Of a DNA stretch of 32,000 nt, positions 17,647-25,720 are shown in pieces. Origin of the DNA: Microcystis aeruginosa NIES-843. GTDB taxonomy: Bacteria > Cyanobacteriota > Cyanobacteriia > Cyanobacteriales > Microcystaceae. The stretch lies in NCBI RefSeq assembly GCF_000010625.1, contig NC_010296.1, positions 690,001 to 722,000 of the forward strand, in the 5' to 3' direction. The notes beneath the pieces were generated by a model. It ran no database searches. It worked only from the letters and a program-made list of their open reading frames with translations, and was not told the DNA's origin. A program made the translations under genes and the position numbers. Position 1 is the first letter of the stretch. The number at the start of each line of letters is the position of its first letter.

Positions 17647-17762
17647 AAGCTGGGGAGGTGGGGAAGTGGGGAAGTGGGGAGAATGCAGTACAAGGCATAA
17701 TTAGCGGAAATTCTGTCACTCAGCCTCAGTAAAATATTGGTATCAAATAGATATTTAGCCAT
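17643..17762 (-). pseudogene. Truncated PIN-domain (VapC-like) toxin remnant
   Basis: This 39-codon ORF is not in the track: MAKYLFDTNILLRLSDRISANYALY, then repeat-derived PTSPLPHLPSL. Its ATG overlaps the antitoxin stop (TAATG) and its TGA overlaps the sbcC ATG (ATGA). Only about 25 aa of the PIN N-terminus, including the first catalytic Asp, remain. Confidence 0.55.
17651..17682. repeat. Octamer array TGGGGA(A/G)G x4
   Basis: TGGGGAGG TGGGGAAG TGGGGAAG TGGGGAGA lies directly upstream of the sbcC start and inside the vapC remnant. Confidence 0.85.
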
Positions 17763-17989
17763 TAGTCATAGATAGTTTCACGCCCTAAGGCTTCATCGGG
17801 TAATCCGGGGGTATCCTTGGGTTGACTTTCCAGAAATTTTAGCCAATCTTCTGCTTTTTCGTGGGAGGTCATCTCTGCAATTTTTGGCGAAGTTCTCTGA
17901 GTTAGAAATTGGCTGAAGTTTAAGACTTCTTGTTGTTTTTCTAAAGGAAGTTTTCGCAAGTTTTCGATAACGGCTTGTTCAATATTCAT
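17762..17989 (-). CDS. Antitoxin-like small protein (VapB-type partner of the PIN remnant)
   Basis: 75 aa. MNIEQAVIENLRKLPLEKQQEVLNFSQFL and the tail GLPDEALGRETIYD resemble cyanobacterial antitoxins encoded upstream of PIN toxins. The gene order and the TAATG junction support this. Confidence 0.6.
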   Translation of the reverse strand: MNIEQAVIENLRKLPLEKQQEVLNFSQFLTQRTSPKIAEMTSHEKAEDWLKFLESQPKDTPGLPDEALGRETIYD

Positions 17990-18194
17990 CGAAATTCAGC
18001 TTGTCGATTAATCGGCGTACTAAAAAGCATCAATGTCTTCAATACCTGCCCGTTCCCCATTATATCACCCGCTCTGGCACTGACCAAATCCCCCCACTTG
18101 GCTGCGATATTATTCCTACGCAAGTACCTAACCGCTCAGGGTCCCTCGATTTGCTACTCTAAAGGAAAGATAACCGATTCTTAAGACCAAATCT

Positions 18195-18533
18195 ATGAGC
18201 ATTCCCGAAATTAGCGTCCATGAACTCGCTCTCCGTTTAGCCGATCATGATCCTAATTTACAACTTATTGATGTGCGCGAACCGGAGGAAGTTGCCATGG
18301 CATCTGTAGCCAATTTTACCATTTTACCCTTGAGTCAATACCAAGAATGGTCGCCCACTATTGCCAGCCAATTCAACCCCCAAGCGGAAACCCTGGTTAT
18401 CTGTCACCATGGCATGAGATCCCTGCAAATGTGCCAATGGCTACAAAGTCAGGGTTTTACTAATGTTAAAAATATTAACGGCGGCATCGATGCTTATTCC
18501 CTCCTCGTCGATCCTAATATTCCCCGTTACTAA
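18195..18533 (+). CDS. Rhodanese-domain sulfurtransferase
   Basis: 112 aa with a single rhodanese domain. The active-site loop is CHHGMRS. Confidence 0.85.
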   Translation: MSIPEISVHELALRLADHDPNLQLIDVREPEEVAMASVANFTILPLSQYQEWSPTIASQFNPQAETLVICHHGMRSLQMCQWLQSQGFTNVKNINGGIDAYSLLVDPNIPRY

Positions 18534-18594
18534 TTTTGAGCGCCTCCATCGGGAAAAGAGAGGGGTAAACTATCCCCTTTCTCCCCACGGAGGA

Positions 18595-18636
18595 CTGACT
18601 ACTGATAACTGATAACTGATAACTGATAACTGATTA
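18595..18636. repeat. Heptamer array CTGA(C/T)(T/A)A x6
   Basis: CTGACTA, CTGATAA x4, CTGATTA. This is the reverse complement of the unit family at 11701-11777. It lies between the rhodanese gene and hrcA. Confidence 0.9.
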
Positions 18637-18690
18637 AGCGTTATACTGTCTAAAAAAATGTTATAAATCTTTTGTTAAGATTATCCCCCT

Positions 18691-19767
18691 ATGTCCGCTA
18701 GAAACCATCTCAGCGATCGCTATCAACATATCTTAAAGGCCACAATCCAACATTATATCGCCACGGCCGAACCGGTTGGCTCGAAAACTCTGCTGGAGGA
18801 GTACAAATTTACTGTTAGTTCCGCCACGATTCGCAATGCTCTCGGTAAACTGGAAAAAGAAGGTTTACTCTATCAACCCCACACTTCCTCCGGACGCATT
18901 CCCTCCGATTGGGGTTATCGTCTCTACGTCGATGAGTTAATGACTCCCGATGACCGTATCGGCGAAAAAATCGGCTATTATCTGCATCAAAACGCTAAAT
19001 CTCCCGCTTGGAGTCTCGAAAGTCTGCTGCAACGGGCCACCCAACTTTTAGCCGGTTTAAGCGGTTATATCGCTATCGTTACCCTCCCCCACACCCTCAC
19101 CAATACCCTGCGTCATCTGCAATTAGTCCCCGTCTCGGACCGGCAGATTATGTTAATTATTGTTACAGATAGTTTACAAACACGCTCGGTTATGATAGAG
19201 ATTCCTGAGTCTATGGCAACGGACAAGAAGGATGGATTAGCAGAAGAATTACAAATCCTCTCTAATTTTCTCGGGGAAAAATTAAAAGGTTATTGCTTGG
19301 CAGATTTAATTAACCTCGATTGGCAGCAAATCGAGCGAGAATTTACCCGTTATACCCATTTTCTCCAACAATTAAGCCAAGAAATCGGCGCTAGTCTCCA
19401 ATCCACTGCCACCCCGGAGATTATCGTCCATGGTGTCGCTGAAGTCATTCGACAGCCAGAATTCGCCCAATGGCAACAAGTACAAATGTTACTGCATCTA
19501 TTGGAAGCAGAACAGGATCGCCTTTTACCCCTGATTTTACAAAGACCAGAACCGGAAAAATCAGCTAAAAAAGTCAAAATCACCATTGGTTCCGAAAATC
19601 CTCTGGAATCCATGCGCCCTTGTACTCTTATCTCCGCTTTTTATAAACAGGGAGATACTCCCGTCGGTAGTGTTGGCATTATCGGACCGACGCGAATGTT
19701 ATACGAAAATACTATTCCCCTGGTGGAATCCACCGCTAACTATCTCAGCGAGGCTATAAGTAAGTAG
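18691..19767 (+). CDS. hrcA: Heat-inducible transcription repressor HrcA
   Basis: 358 aa. The N-terminal winged helix ILKATIQHYIATAEPVGSKTLLEEY...SSATIRNALGKLEKEGLL..PHTSSGRIPS is canonical HrcA. Confidence 0.9.
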   Translation: MSARNHLSDRYQHILKATIQHYIATAEPVGSKTLLEEYKFTVSSATIRNALGKLEKEGLLYQPHTSSGRIPSDWGYRLYVDELMTPDDRIGEKIGYYLHQNAKSPAWSLESLLQRATQLLAGLSGYIAIVTLPHTLTNTLRHLQLVPVSDRQIMLIIVTDSLQTRSVMIEIPESMATDKKDGLAEELQILSNFLGEKLKGYCLADLINLDWQQIEREFTRYTHFLQQLSQEIGASLQSTATPEIIVHGVAEVIRQPEFAQWQQVQMLLHLLEAEQDRLLPLILQRPEPEKSAKKVKITIGSENPLESMRPCTLISAFYKQGDTPVGSVGIIGPTRMLYENTIPLVESTANYLSEAISK

Positions 19768-20047
19768 ATATCCCCCGCAAAGGTTCGGGAATAGGACAAT
19801 CGACAGTAAACTCTAAAATTGTCTCACCATCCCCCAAATAGCCAGAATTGGCAAAACAGAGCAACATCCGCACCAGCGCCACCCACACCTCCGCATCGAA
19901 CTCCCAATCCTGTCCCCGACGCGCTCCACAGGCGATCGATTTTAGCGCCCAAAAATAACTATTTCTCACCACTGAACCGCCTTTTTTGTAAACCGGCACA
20001 TCCTCATGGTGAATATAAAGAATATCATCTTTAGCGATCGCTCTCAT
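19754..20047 (-). CDS. Hypothetical protein
   Basis: 97 aa with an ATG start. It is more protein-like than the Pro-rich + strand shadow ORF, and overlaps the hrcA 3' end by 14 nt. No family recognised. Confidence 0.35.
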   Translation of the reverse strand: MRAIAKDDILYIHHEDVPVYKKGGSVVRNSYFWALKSIACGARRGQDWEFDAEVWVALVRMLLCFANSGYLGDGETILEFTVDCPIPEPLRGISTYL

Positions 20048-20094
20048 CGGTGGCTAGGAAGGTTGCGGGAATTTTCAGCTGACTGTCCTAGATA

Positions 20095-20306
20095 GGGCTG
20101 GCTGAATAAATGTGAAATGTAGGCATGGTAAGGGTTTTGTGGCTTTTCTTGCGAAACAGGTGCAAGATTTTGAGAGAATCGTGCTTCAAAACCTGGCGTC
20201 TTCATCGGCCCGCGTCCTGTAGGGGCGAAGCATTCGGATAGAAAATCTACGGTTTCACCGATAGGTTATTGCCCGAATGCTTCGCCCCTACTTTTTCAGC
20301 AGACCC
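20095..20306 (+). mobile_element. MITE copy C (212 bp) with 6-bp TSD TAGATA and an inverted internal loop
   Basis: Termini are GGGCTGGCTGAATAAA ... TTTTTCAGCAGACCC. TAGATA occurs at 20089-20094 and 20307-20312. The segment 20238-20272 is the exact reverse complement of the corresponding segment in copies A and B. Confidence 0.85.
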
Positions 20307-20423
20307 TAGATAATAACATCTTTAGCGATCGCTTGGGTCGCGCCAGAAAACCCACTATAACATTTTTCTTTCTTTCTCACAAATATGAAGTATAATGTCA
20401 TCGATAGCTAAACCGCACAAAAA

Positions 20424-20838
20424 ATGAAATCCTATCCAGTAGAGTTCCGTCAGAAAATCCTCGACTGTTATTATAACGAACCCATCTCTCAAAGACAATT
20501 AGCGAAAAGATTCTGCGTAACCCTAAGTTTCGTACAAAAGCTTTTGAAGCAATATCGAGAAACGGGAGATCTTCGACCGAAGACTTATCGATGTGGACGT
20601 CATTTAAAACTCACGCCAGAACAAATGATCGTCCTCGGTACGTTAATTGAGGAAAATAATGACGCAACTCTAGCTGAACTATCGAAACTATTCCTAGAAA
20701 GAACTGGTATAGTGTTAAGTGTGGCGACAGTGGCAAGAATAGCCGAACGCTTGGGAATAACCCGCAAAAAAAACTATACAACCACCCGCAAAAGAGACAG
20801 AAAGAGTACAACAACTTAGACAAGAATACAAAGGATAA
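20424..20838 (+). pseudogene. IS630-family transposase, N-terminal HTH fragment (frameshifted and 3'-truncated)
   Basis: MKSYPVEFRQKILDCYYNEPISQRQLAKRFCVTLSFVQKLLKQYRETGDL... is an IS630 N-terminal DNA-binding region. At the A8 run (20766-20773) the homologous reading continues in the +1 frame (KKTIQPPAKETERVQQLRQEY) and stops at 20836-20838. No DDE domain follows. Confidence 0.7.
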
Positions 20839-20950
20839 AGTGCGGGATGTAGCCGTTAACGGAGGCAGGGGGCAGGAGGCCGTGAGATCAGTCGAACGTT
20901 CAGCCGAACGGGTGTAGAATCTAGAATAAGATTTCCCGGAAGCAATCTTT

Positions 20951-23947
20951 TTAATGTCTCATCGCTTCTATTATTTTCATGGTTTCGACGCTGACAGTAC
21001 AGACTCGTTGTAATAAGTCAATTACTGTTTCTTTATAATCGGCGAAGCGATAATTATTAAATCTTTCGGCGATGGTTTGATCTTTGGGTTTCTTTTCCTT
21101 ATATTGATCTAAAATCCATTCTAAGGCCGAACGATTACCGAGTTTATATTCCCAAGCAATTTTGGGAATATCTTGTAGGAAAGTGACATCATCGAGGTTG
21201 ATAGAATTTTTTTCTCGGTCAGCTTTTAGTTTAGTTTTGGGTTTGAGATTATTATTAGTATCAATGCGGGTTAGTGGGTAGGGTGCGACGGTTTCATAGT
21301 TGATATGTAATTCCATTAGTTTGCTTCCCCATTCTACCCATTGAGAGAAGTTATCGTAAAAGGGAAGTCGGGGAAATTCTCGCTTAAGGTTTAATTCATA
21401 TTTACTGCGATATTCCGGGTAGTGGAGGACTGCATAAGTGTAGTGGAAGATGTCGAGTTTGGTGAGGTTTTTATCGTTGTAATGGTTTTGGAATTGTTGC
21501 AATCCCCAATCGGTGATATTGTCGATACGGTTTCCTTCTTTTTCATAGTAGTAGAGGGGGAGACATTGAGTTTTTTCAAGTGTATCTAAACAAAATATCT
21601 TGTTAGTTACTAACACAGAATTTGGTTTTGAAGAGCCAACTCCTGAAAACATTATGACTTGATTTGAATTAATTAATTCATTGCCAAATACTTGATAATG
21701 ATTTGAGGTAAGTCGATCTGAAAAAAATTTATTAGAATAGTAATACTTGGTAATATATGGTCTATAAATAAGAGAAATTACGAATCTTGGGAAATACTCT
21801 GATTTTTCTTTGTTCTTAAATTTGGATATTAAAGAAGAACTCCATTTTATCGAATAATTTATGTGATTACACTCAATCGATTTATTATAGATAGAAATAA
21901 AATATTGCATCTTTTTGGACAATAATTGCTCATCGTCTTCAAAGACCCATTCATCTCTATTCGTAGAAACACCTAGAGAGAAAAATTCAAATAATGCTTG
22001 AATGTCAGTTTTATTTTTGAGCAGTTTAGTATTTTTGTCAACTACAGGTATCAAGTCATTAAAATCATTATCTGATTGTTCAATCCAGTTATGTTTTTTA
22101 TCTGGGATGATATGCTCAAAATCAAGCTGATTAAGTTTTGTCGATGACAAAAACTCTAATTTTTGCGATGCTGTATCCAATTCAGGACGGCGAGTATATA
22201 AAATTCGACAAGGAAGATTATTACTTTCTCGCTTCACTATCAAACTAATCGCCACCCCCGTCTGAATACCGAAAACATTATGAGTTGTCCCTGAAAGTTT
22301 AGGATTTTTCCTGACATTACCACCTAAATCAATGATATAAATTTCACTAAACTCATTCTCTACTACTTTTCTAAAACCGTCAAATGTCCTCGCATCGATA
22401 AAAGAAGAGTTAGTAATAAAAGCTATTATACCATTTTCACCTAACCTATCTGTAGCCCAACGAAAGAAGCGAGAATACATATCATATAGCTTTGTCTTCT
22501 GCGCTGTACTCTCTTCGATGTAAGTATCCTTAATGCGCTTATCAATAGCAGGATACTTCCGATTTTTATTATTGTCATTCTCATTTTGCTGATTAGCATT
22601 ATAAGGAGGATTCCCAATAATTACAGAAATATTGCGGTCATTTTGATTTTGAATGCGTTGGGTATTCTCCACCGACATAGCAAACAAATCCATCTGCTTG
22701 AGATGAAAAGCAGCATGGTCCAGGGTATCCACAAAACAGATATGCTCAAACTCTTCATACTCACCCATCTTCTGCTTGTAGGTGAACTCAATATTCAAAT
22801 TAGCGATATAATAAGGCAGAATTGCCACCTCGTTACAGTGCATCTCATGCTTATACTTGTACCGTAACTTATCCTTCGGTAAATACTCAATTAACTCCGT
22901 TATAAAAGTTCCTGTCCCCGTCGCCGGATCTAAAATTTCTACTCCTGGATCCGCCAACAACTTCCTAAAATGCTTGTGAACTAAATAATCGACACTTTCA
23001 ATCATAAAACGGACAATTTCATTGGGTGTATAGACAATTCCCAACCGGTCCGCCGCTTTCGGATTGTATGCTTTATAAAAATTCTCATAAATCGCCTTGA
23101 GAAACTTCTGCTTCTCGTGGTGGTTATAAATATTCGCCGCTGTCCGCCGAATTACCGCATAATAACGTTCAATAGTCCCTAAAGTATTGCGCTTGGTATT
23201 ACCAGTAAAGAAAGTTTCAATCACTCCCTGTAATTCCCTGGCGATATTATTTTCCCGGTGAAACTGAGACTCATTAAAAATATTGATAAAAATATCCTCT
23301 GTCAGGATGTGCTGAATAATCATCTCTCGCACATCTTCCAGACTAATTTCTGGATTGATTGACTTGCGACAAATCTCTAAAAAATTGTCCCGCGCTGTCA
23401 CAAAATTACGATTCGTCTCCGACTGCAACGCAATTAAATCCCGCAACGCTTCTAAAATTGTTGGTAAATCTTCCTTAAAACTATCAATTGCCTCTCGAAA
23501 ATCCTCAACCTCCGGACGTACATAATTAATAAAAGCATTAATAATCCCATCCAAAGCCTCATCATCGCGCATGGAGACGCGCAGTCTTTCCTCTCCTCCT
23601 TGAATTAAAACCGCCGTCTGGGAATCTTCAAATAAAATATTGTCATTAGGATAGCCTTTCGCCAACTTTTTCTCAATTTCTTCGTCTAAATTATCGTATT
23701 GATCCTTACTTTCCCAATATCCCCAATCTAACCGCAAAGCATCCTTTACCGTCCCGTCAGGATAGACAACTTTTCCCGACTTAGTGCGATAATCCAACTC
23801 CGGAATTAACAAAAAATCCCGCGCCTTGCAATAGTCATTTAACAAATTCTGAAAAGCGACTCTAATCGAAGTTTCCTTGCGACTGCCGCCATATTGGACA
23901 ATCTTCTCAACTTCCGCCTGATACTGGCTGATTAATAATCTAGACAT
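20951..23947 (-). CDS. Single-polypeptide restriction-modification enzyme: N-terminal PD-ExK-like domain + gamma-class N6-adenine methyltransferase + TRD + type ISP-like C-terminal domain
   Basis: 998 aa. Motif I is LDPATGTGTF (about aa 340) and motif IV is IGNPPYNANQ (about aa 446). The N-terminus has YPDGTVKDALRLDWGYWESKD (D-x14-ExK). The C-terminus (DNITDWGL...IFHYTYAVLHYPEYRSKYELNLKREFPRLPF...LGNRSALEWILDQY) resembles the C-terminal domain of type ISP/IIG enzymes. There is no helicase domain. Confidence 0.8.
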   Translation of the reverse strand: MSRLLISQYQAEVEKIVQYGGSRKETSIRVAFQNLLNDYCKARDFLLIPELDYRTKSGKVVYPDGTVKDALRLDWGYWESKDQYDNLDEEIEKKLAKGYPNDNILFEDSQTAVLIQGGEERLRVSMRDDEALDGIINAFINYVRPEVEDFREAIDSFKEDLPTILEALRDLIALQSETNRNFVTARDNFLEICRKSINPEISLEDVREMIIQHILTEDIFINIFNESQFHRENNIARELQGVIETFFTGNTKRNTLGTIERYYAVIRRTAANIYNHHEKQKFLKAIYENFYKAYNPKAADRLGIVYTPNEIVRFMIESVDYLVHKHFRKLLADPGVEILDPATGTGTFITELIEYLPKDKLRYKYKHEMHCNEVAILPYYIANLNIEFTYKQKMGEYEEFEHICFVDTLDHAAFHLKQMDLFAMSVENTQRIQNQNDRNISVIIGNPPYNANQQNENDNNKNRKYPAIDKRIKDTYIEESTAQKTKLYDMYSRFFRWATDRLGENGIIAFITNSSFIDARTFDGFRKVVENEFSEIYIIDLGGNVRKNPKLSGTTHNVFGIQTGVAISLIVKRESNNLPCRILYTRRPELDTASQKLEFLSSTKLNQLDFEHIIPDKKHNWIEQSDNDFNDLIPVVDKNTKLLKNKTDIQALFEFFSLGVSTNRDEWVFEDDEQLLSKKMQYFISIYNKSIECNHINYSIKWSSSLISKFKNKEKSEYFPRFVISLIYRPYITKYYYSNKFFSDRLTSNHYQVFGNELINSNQVIMFSGVGSSKPNSVLVTNKIFCLDTLEKTQCLPLYYYEKEGNRIDNITDWGLQQFQNHYNDKNLTKLDIFHYTYAVLHYPEYRSKYELNLKREFPRLPFYDNFSQWVEWGSKLMELHINYETVAPYPLTRIDTNNNLKPKTKLKADREKNSINLDDVTFLQDIPKIAWEYKLGNRSALEWILDQYKEKKPKDQTIAERFNNYRFADYKETVIDLLQRVCTVSVETMKIIEAMRH

Positions 23948-23966
23948 GGGCTTAGAGGAGGTAAAT

Positions 23967-24105
23967 TAAGTAGTTATAATCAAAGAGAAGATAGATTTTG
24001 GACTCTGATCCCCCCTGCCCCCCTTGATAAGGGGGGTGCCGATAGGCGGGGGGATCTACCCTTGATAAGGGGGGTGCCGATAGGCGGGGGGATCTACCCT
24101 TGATT
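23967..24105 (-). repeat. Composite palindrome-rich repeat element (copy 2, inverted relative to 10471-10625)
   Basis: Two and a half 38-bp units (CCCTTGATAAGGGGGGTGCCGATAGGCGGGGGGATCTA) plus the same tail as copy 1, placed between the RM gene start and tRNA-Pro. Confidence 0.6.
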
Positions 24106-24113
24106 GTCTTTAA

Positions 24114-24187
24114 TCGGGATGACAGGATTCGAACCTGCGGCCCCTTCGTCCCGAACGAAGTGCGCTACCAAGCTGCGCTACATCCCG
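24114..24187 (-). tRNA. tRNA-Pro (anticodon CGG)
   Basis: The 74-nt sequence folds by hand into a cloverleaf: acceptor CGGGATG/CATCCCG, D arm GCGC/GCGC, anticodon stem CTTCG/CGAAG with loop TTCGGGA, and T arm GCAGG-TTCGAAT-CCTGT. CCA is not encoded. Confidence 0.9.
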
Positions 24188-24288
24188 AAAATTTTCAGCT
24201 AAATTATCATAGCATATTCGGCCTTGATTGGGTCGAGACTTGCTAGGATATTACAGATATAGGCAAAAATTATCGGAGTAGTTCAGGC

Positions 24289-25164
24289 GTGACGGTAAAA
24301 CCAGAGTGGTTACGGGTAAAAGCACCGCAATGGCAGCGAGTCGGCAGTGTTAAGGAGGTTTTACGCGATTTAGGCTTAAATACCGTTTGTGAGGAGGCTT
24401 CCTGTCCCAATATCGGCGAATGTTTCCACGCGGGGACGGCTACCTTTTTAATTATGGGTCCTGCTTGCACTCGCGCCTGTCCTTACTGTGATATAGATTT
24501 TGAGAAAAAACCGCAACCTTTAGACCCCACGGAACCCCTGCGACTAGCGGCAGCAGTGCAACGTCTTGATCTTAATCATGTAGTGATCACTTCTGTCAAT
24601 CGCGATGATTTGGCTGATGGTGGCGCTAGTCAATTTGTCCGTTGTATCGAGGAAATTCGCCGCATTTCCCCAAAAACCACCATCGAAGTGCTGATTCCCG
24701 ATCTTTGCGGCAATTGGCAGGCTTTAGCTTTAATTCTTGCCGCTAAACCTGAAGTTTTAAACCACAATACCGAAACTGTTCCCCGTCTCTATCGTCGCGT
24801 GCGTCCCCAGGGTGATTACCAGCGTTCTCTAGAATTATTGCAGCGCGCTCGCGCCATTGTTCCCGCTACCTACACAAAATCGGGCATTATGGTGGGATTG
24901 GGGGAAACCGACGAGGAAGTGCGCCAAGTGATGCGCGATTTACGGGCTGTCGATTGTGATATTCTCACCATCGGGCAGTATCTGCAACCATCGCCAAAAC
25001 ATCTCGGTGTACAGGAATTTATCACCCCCGAACAGTTCCACGCTTGGCGCGAATACGGGGAGTCTCTGGGATTTTTACAAATTGTTGCGAGTCCCTTGAC
25101 AAGAAGCTCTTATCATGCTGAACAAGTCAGAGCCTTAATGAATTTGTACCCGCGAGAGTCTTGA
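24289..25164 (+). CDS. lipA: Lipoyl synthase
   Basis: GTG start. [22 protein letters not shown] and the radical SAM cluster CTRACPYC are canonical LipA. Confidence 0.95.
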   Translation: MTVKPEWLRVKAPQWQRVGSVKEVLRDLGLNTVCEEASCPNIGECFHAGTATFLIMGPACTRACPYCDIDFEKKPQPLDPTEPLRLAAAVQRLDLNHVVITSVNRDDLADGGASQFVRCIEEIRRISPKTTIEVLIPDLCGNWQALALILAAKPEVLNHNTETVPRLYRRVRPQGDYQRSLELLQRARAIVPATYTKSGIMVGLGETDEEVRQVMRDLRAVDCDILTIGQYLQPSPKHLGVQEFITPEQFHAWREYGESLGFLQIVASPLTRSSYHAEQVRALMNLYPRES

Positions 25165-25720
25165 GATGGGGCAGCAATTGCTGAAAAGCTCGTCCTCGGT
25201 GGCTAATTTTTCTTTTTAATTCGGGAGACATTTCCGCAAAGGTTAAAGCGTATTCGGGAACATAAAAAATCGGATCATAACCAAAACCACCTTTACCCCT
25301 AGGACTGGTTAAAATTTCTCCCGTGCAGATTCCTGTAGCAGTCAAGGCAATCTCACCATCGGGACGGGCGATCGCAATTACACAGACAAAACGGGCCGAG
25401 CGATCCTGATTATCTCCTAATTCTCTGACTAGGCGATCGATTCTTTCTCGATCATTTTCACCGTAGCGGGCCGAGTAAATCCCCGGGGCATTTCCTAACC
25501 CGGTTACTTCCAATCCCGAATCATCAGCGATCGACCATTCTCCCAATGTTAGGGCAATTTGAGCAGCTTTTAAATAGGCATTTTCAGCAAAAGTCGCCCC
25601 TGTTTCCTCTATCTCTAAATCATCGGGTTTTAACTGCAATTCTAGGTCAATATCAGTTAAGTATTCGCCTATCTCTGCTAATTTACCCGGGTTACTCGTG
25701 GCTAGAATTAATTTTTTCAT
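25127..25720 (-). CDS. rdgB: Non-canonical purine NTP pyrophosphatase (dITP/XTP), RdgB/HAM1 family
   Basis: [24 protein letters not shown] and SHRGRAF are RdgB motifs. The 3' end overlaps the lipA 3' end by 38 nt. Confidence 0.9.
   Translation of the reverse strand: MKKLILATSNPGKLAEIGEYLTDIDLELQLKPDDLEIEETGATFAENAYLKAAQIALTLGEWSIADDSGLEVTGLGNAPGIYSARYGENDRERIDRLVRELGDNQDRSARFVCVIAIARPDGEIALTATGICTGEILTSPRGKGGFGYDPIFYVPEYALTFAEMSPELKRKISHRGRAFQQLLPHLKTLAGTNSLRL

Noticed and set aside
17474-17719. The 81-aa minus-strand ORF spanning the sbcC start.
   Set aside because: It is out of frame with the sbcC N-terminus and reads through the octamer repeat. The PIN remnant and sbcC account for the region.
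14623-17989. Expected an sbcD nuclease gene next to sbcC.
   Set aside because: No Mre11/SbcD-like phosphoesterase motifs occur in any frame around sbcC. The upstream neighbour is the antitoxin and PIN remnant. sbcD is presumably elsewhere, so no claim is made.
17975-18184. Miscellaneous track ORFs: 17975-18184, 19819-20034, 20611-20823, 21391-21579, 22586-22867, 26483-26926, 27200-27490, 28707-29710, 29898-30101, 30637-30819 and 31480-31674.
   Set aside because: All overlap stronger family-assigned genes in other frames or strands, or lie in intergenic low-complexity sequence. None has motifs or start context.
18534-18690. Searched for a CIRCE operator (TTAGCACTC-N9-GAGTGCTAA) near hrcA and elsewhere.
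   Set aside because: No match was found. The TTAGCAC half-sites at about 2667 and about 6613 have no inverted partner.
20846-20870. An 11-nt identity (CGGGATGTAGC) to the 5' end of tRNA-Pro, just past the IS630 remnant. It could be a duplicated tRNA fragment or an island boundary.
   Set aside because: It matches the tRNA 5' end rather than the 3' end. It is in the opposite orientation, no complementary acceptor strand or cloverleaf can be drawn, and an 11-mer match is within chance for this window.
23967-24105. The 38-bp direct repeats near tRNA-Pro (and the similar units at 10500-10590) look superficially CRISPR-like.
   Set aside because: The units are head to tail with no unique spacers. 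There are only about 2.5 copies, each is itself a pair of hairpins, and there are no cas genes. This is a tandem/REP-like repeat, not CRISPR.
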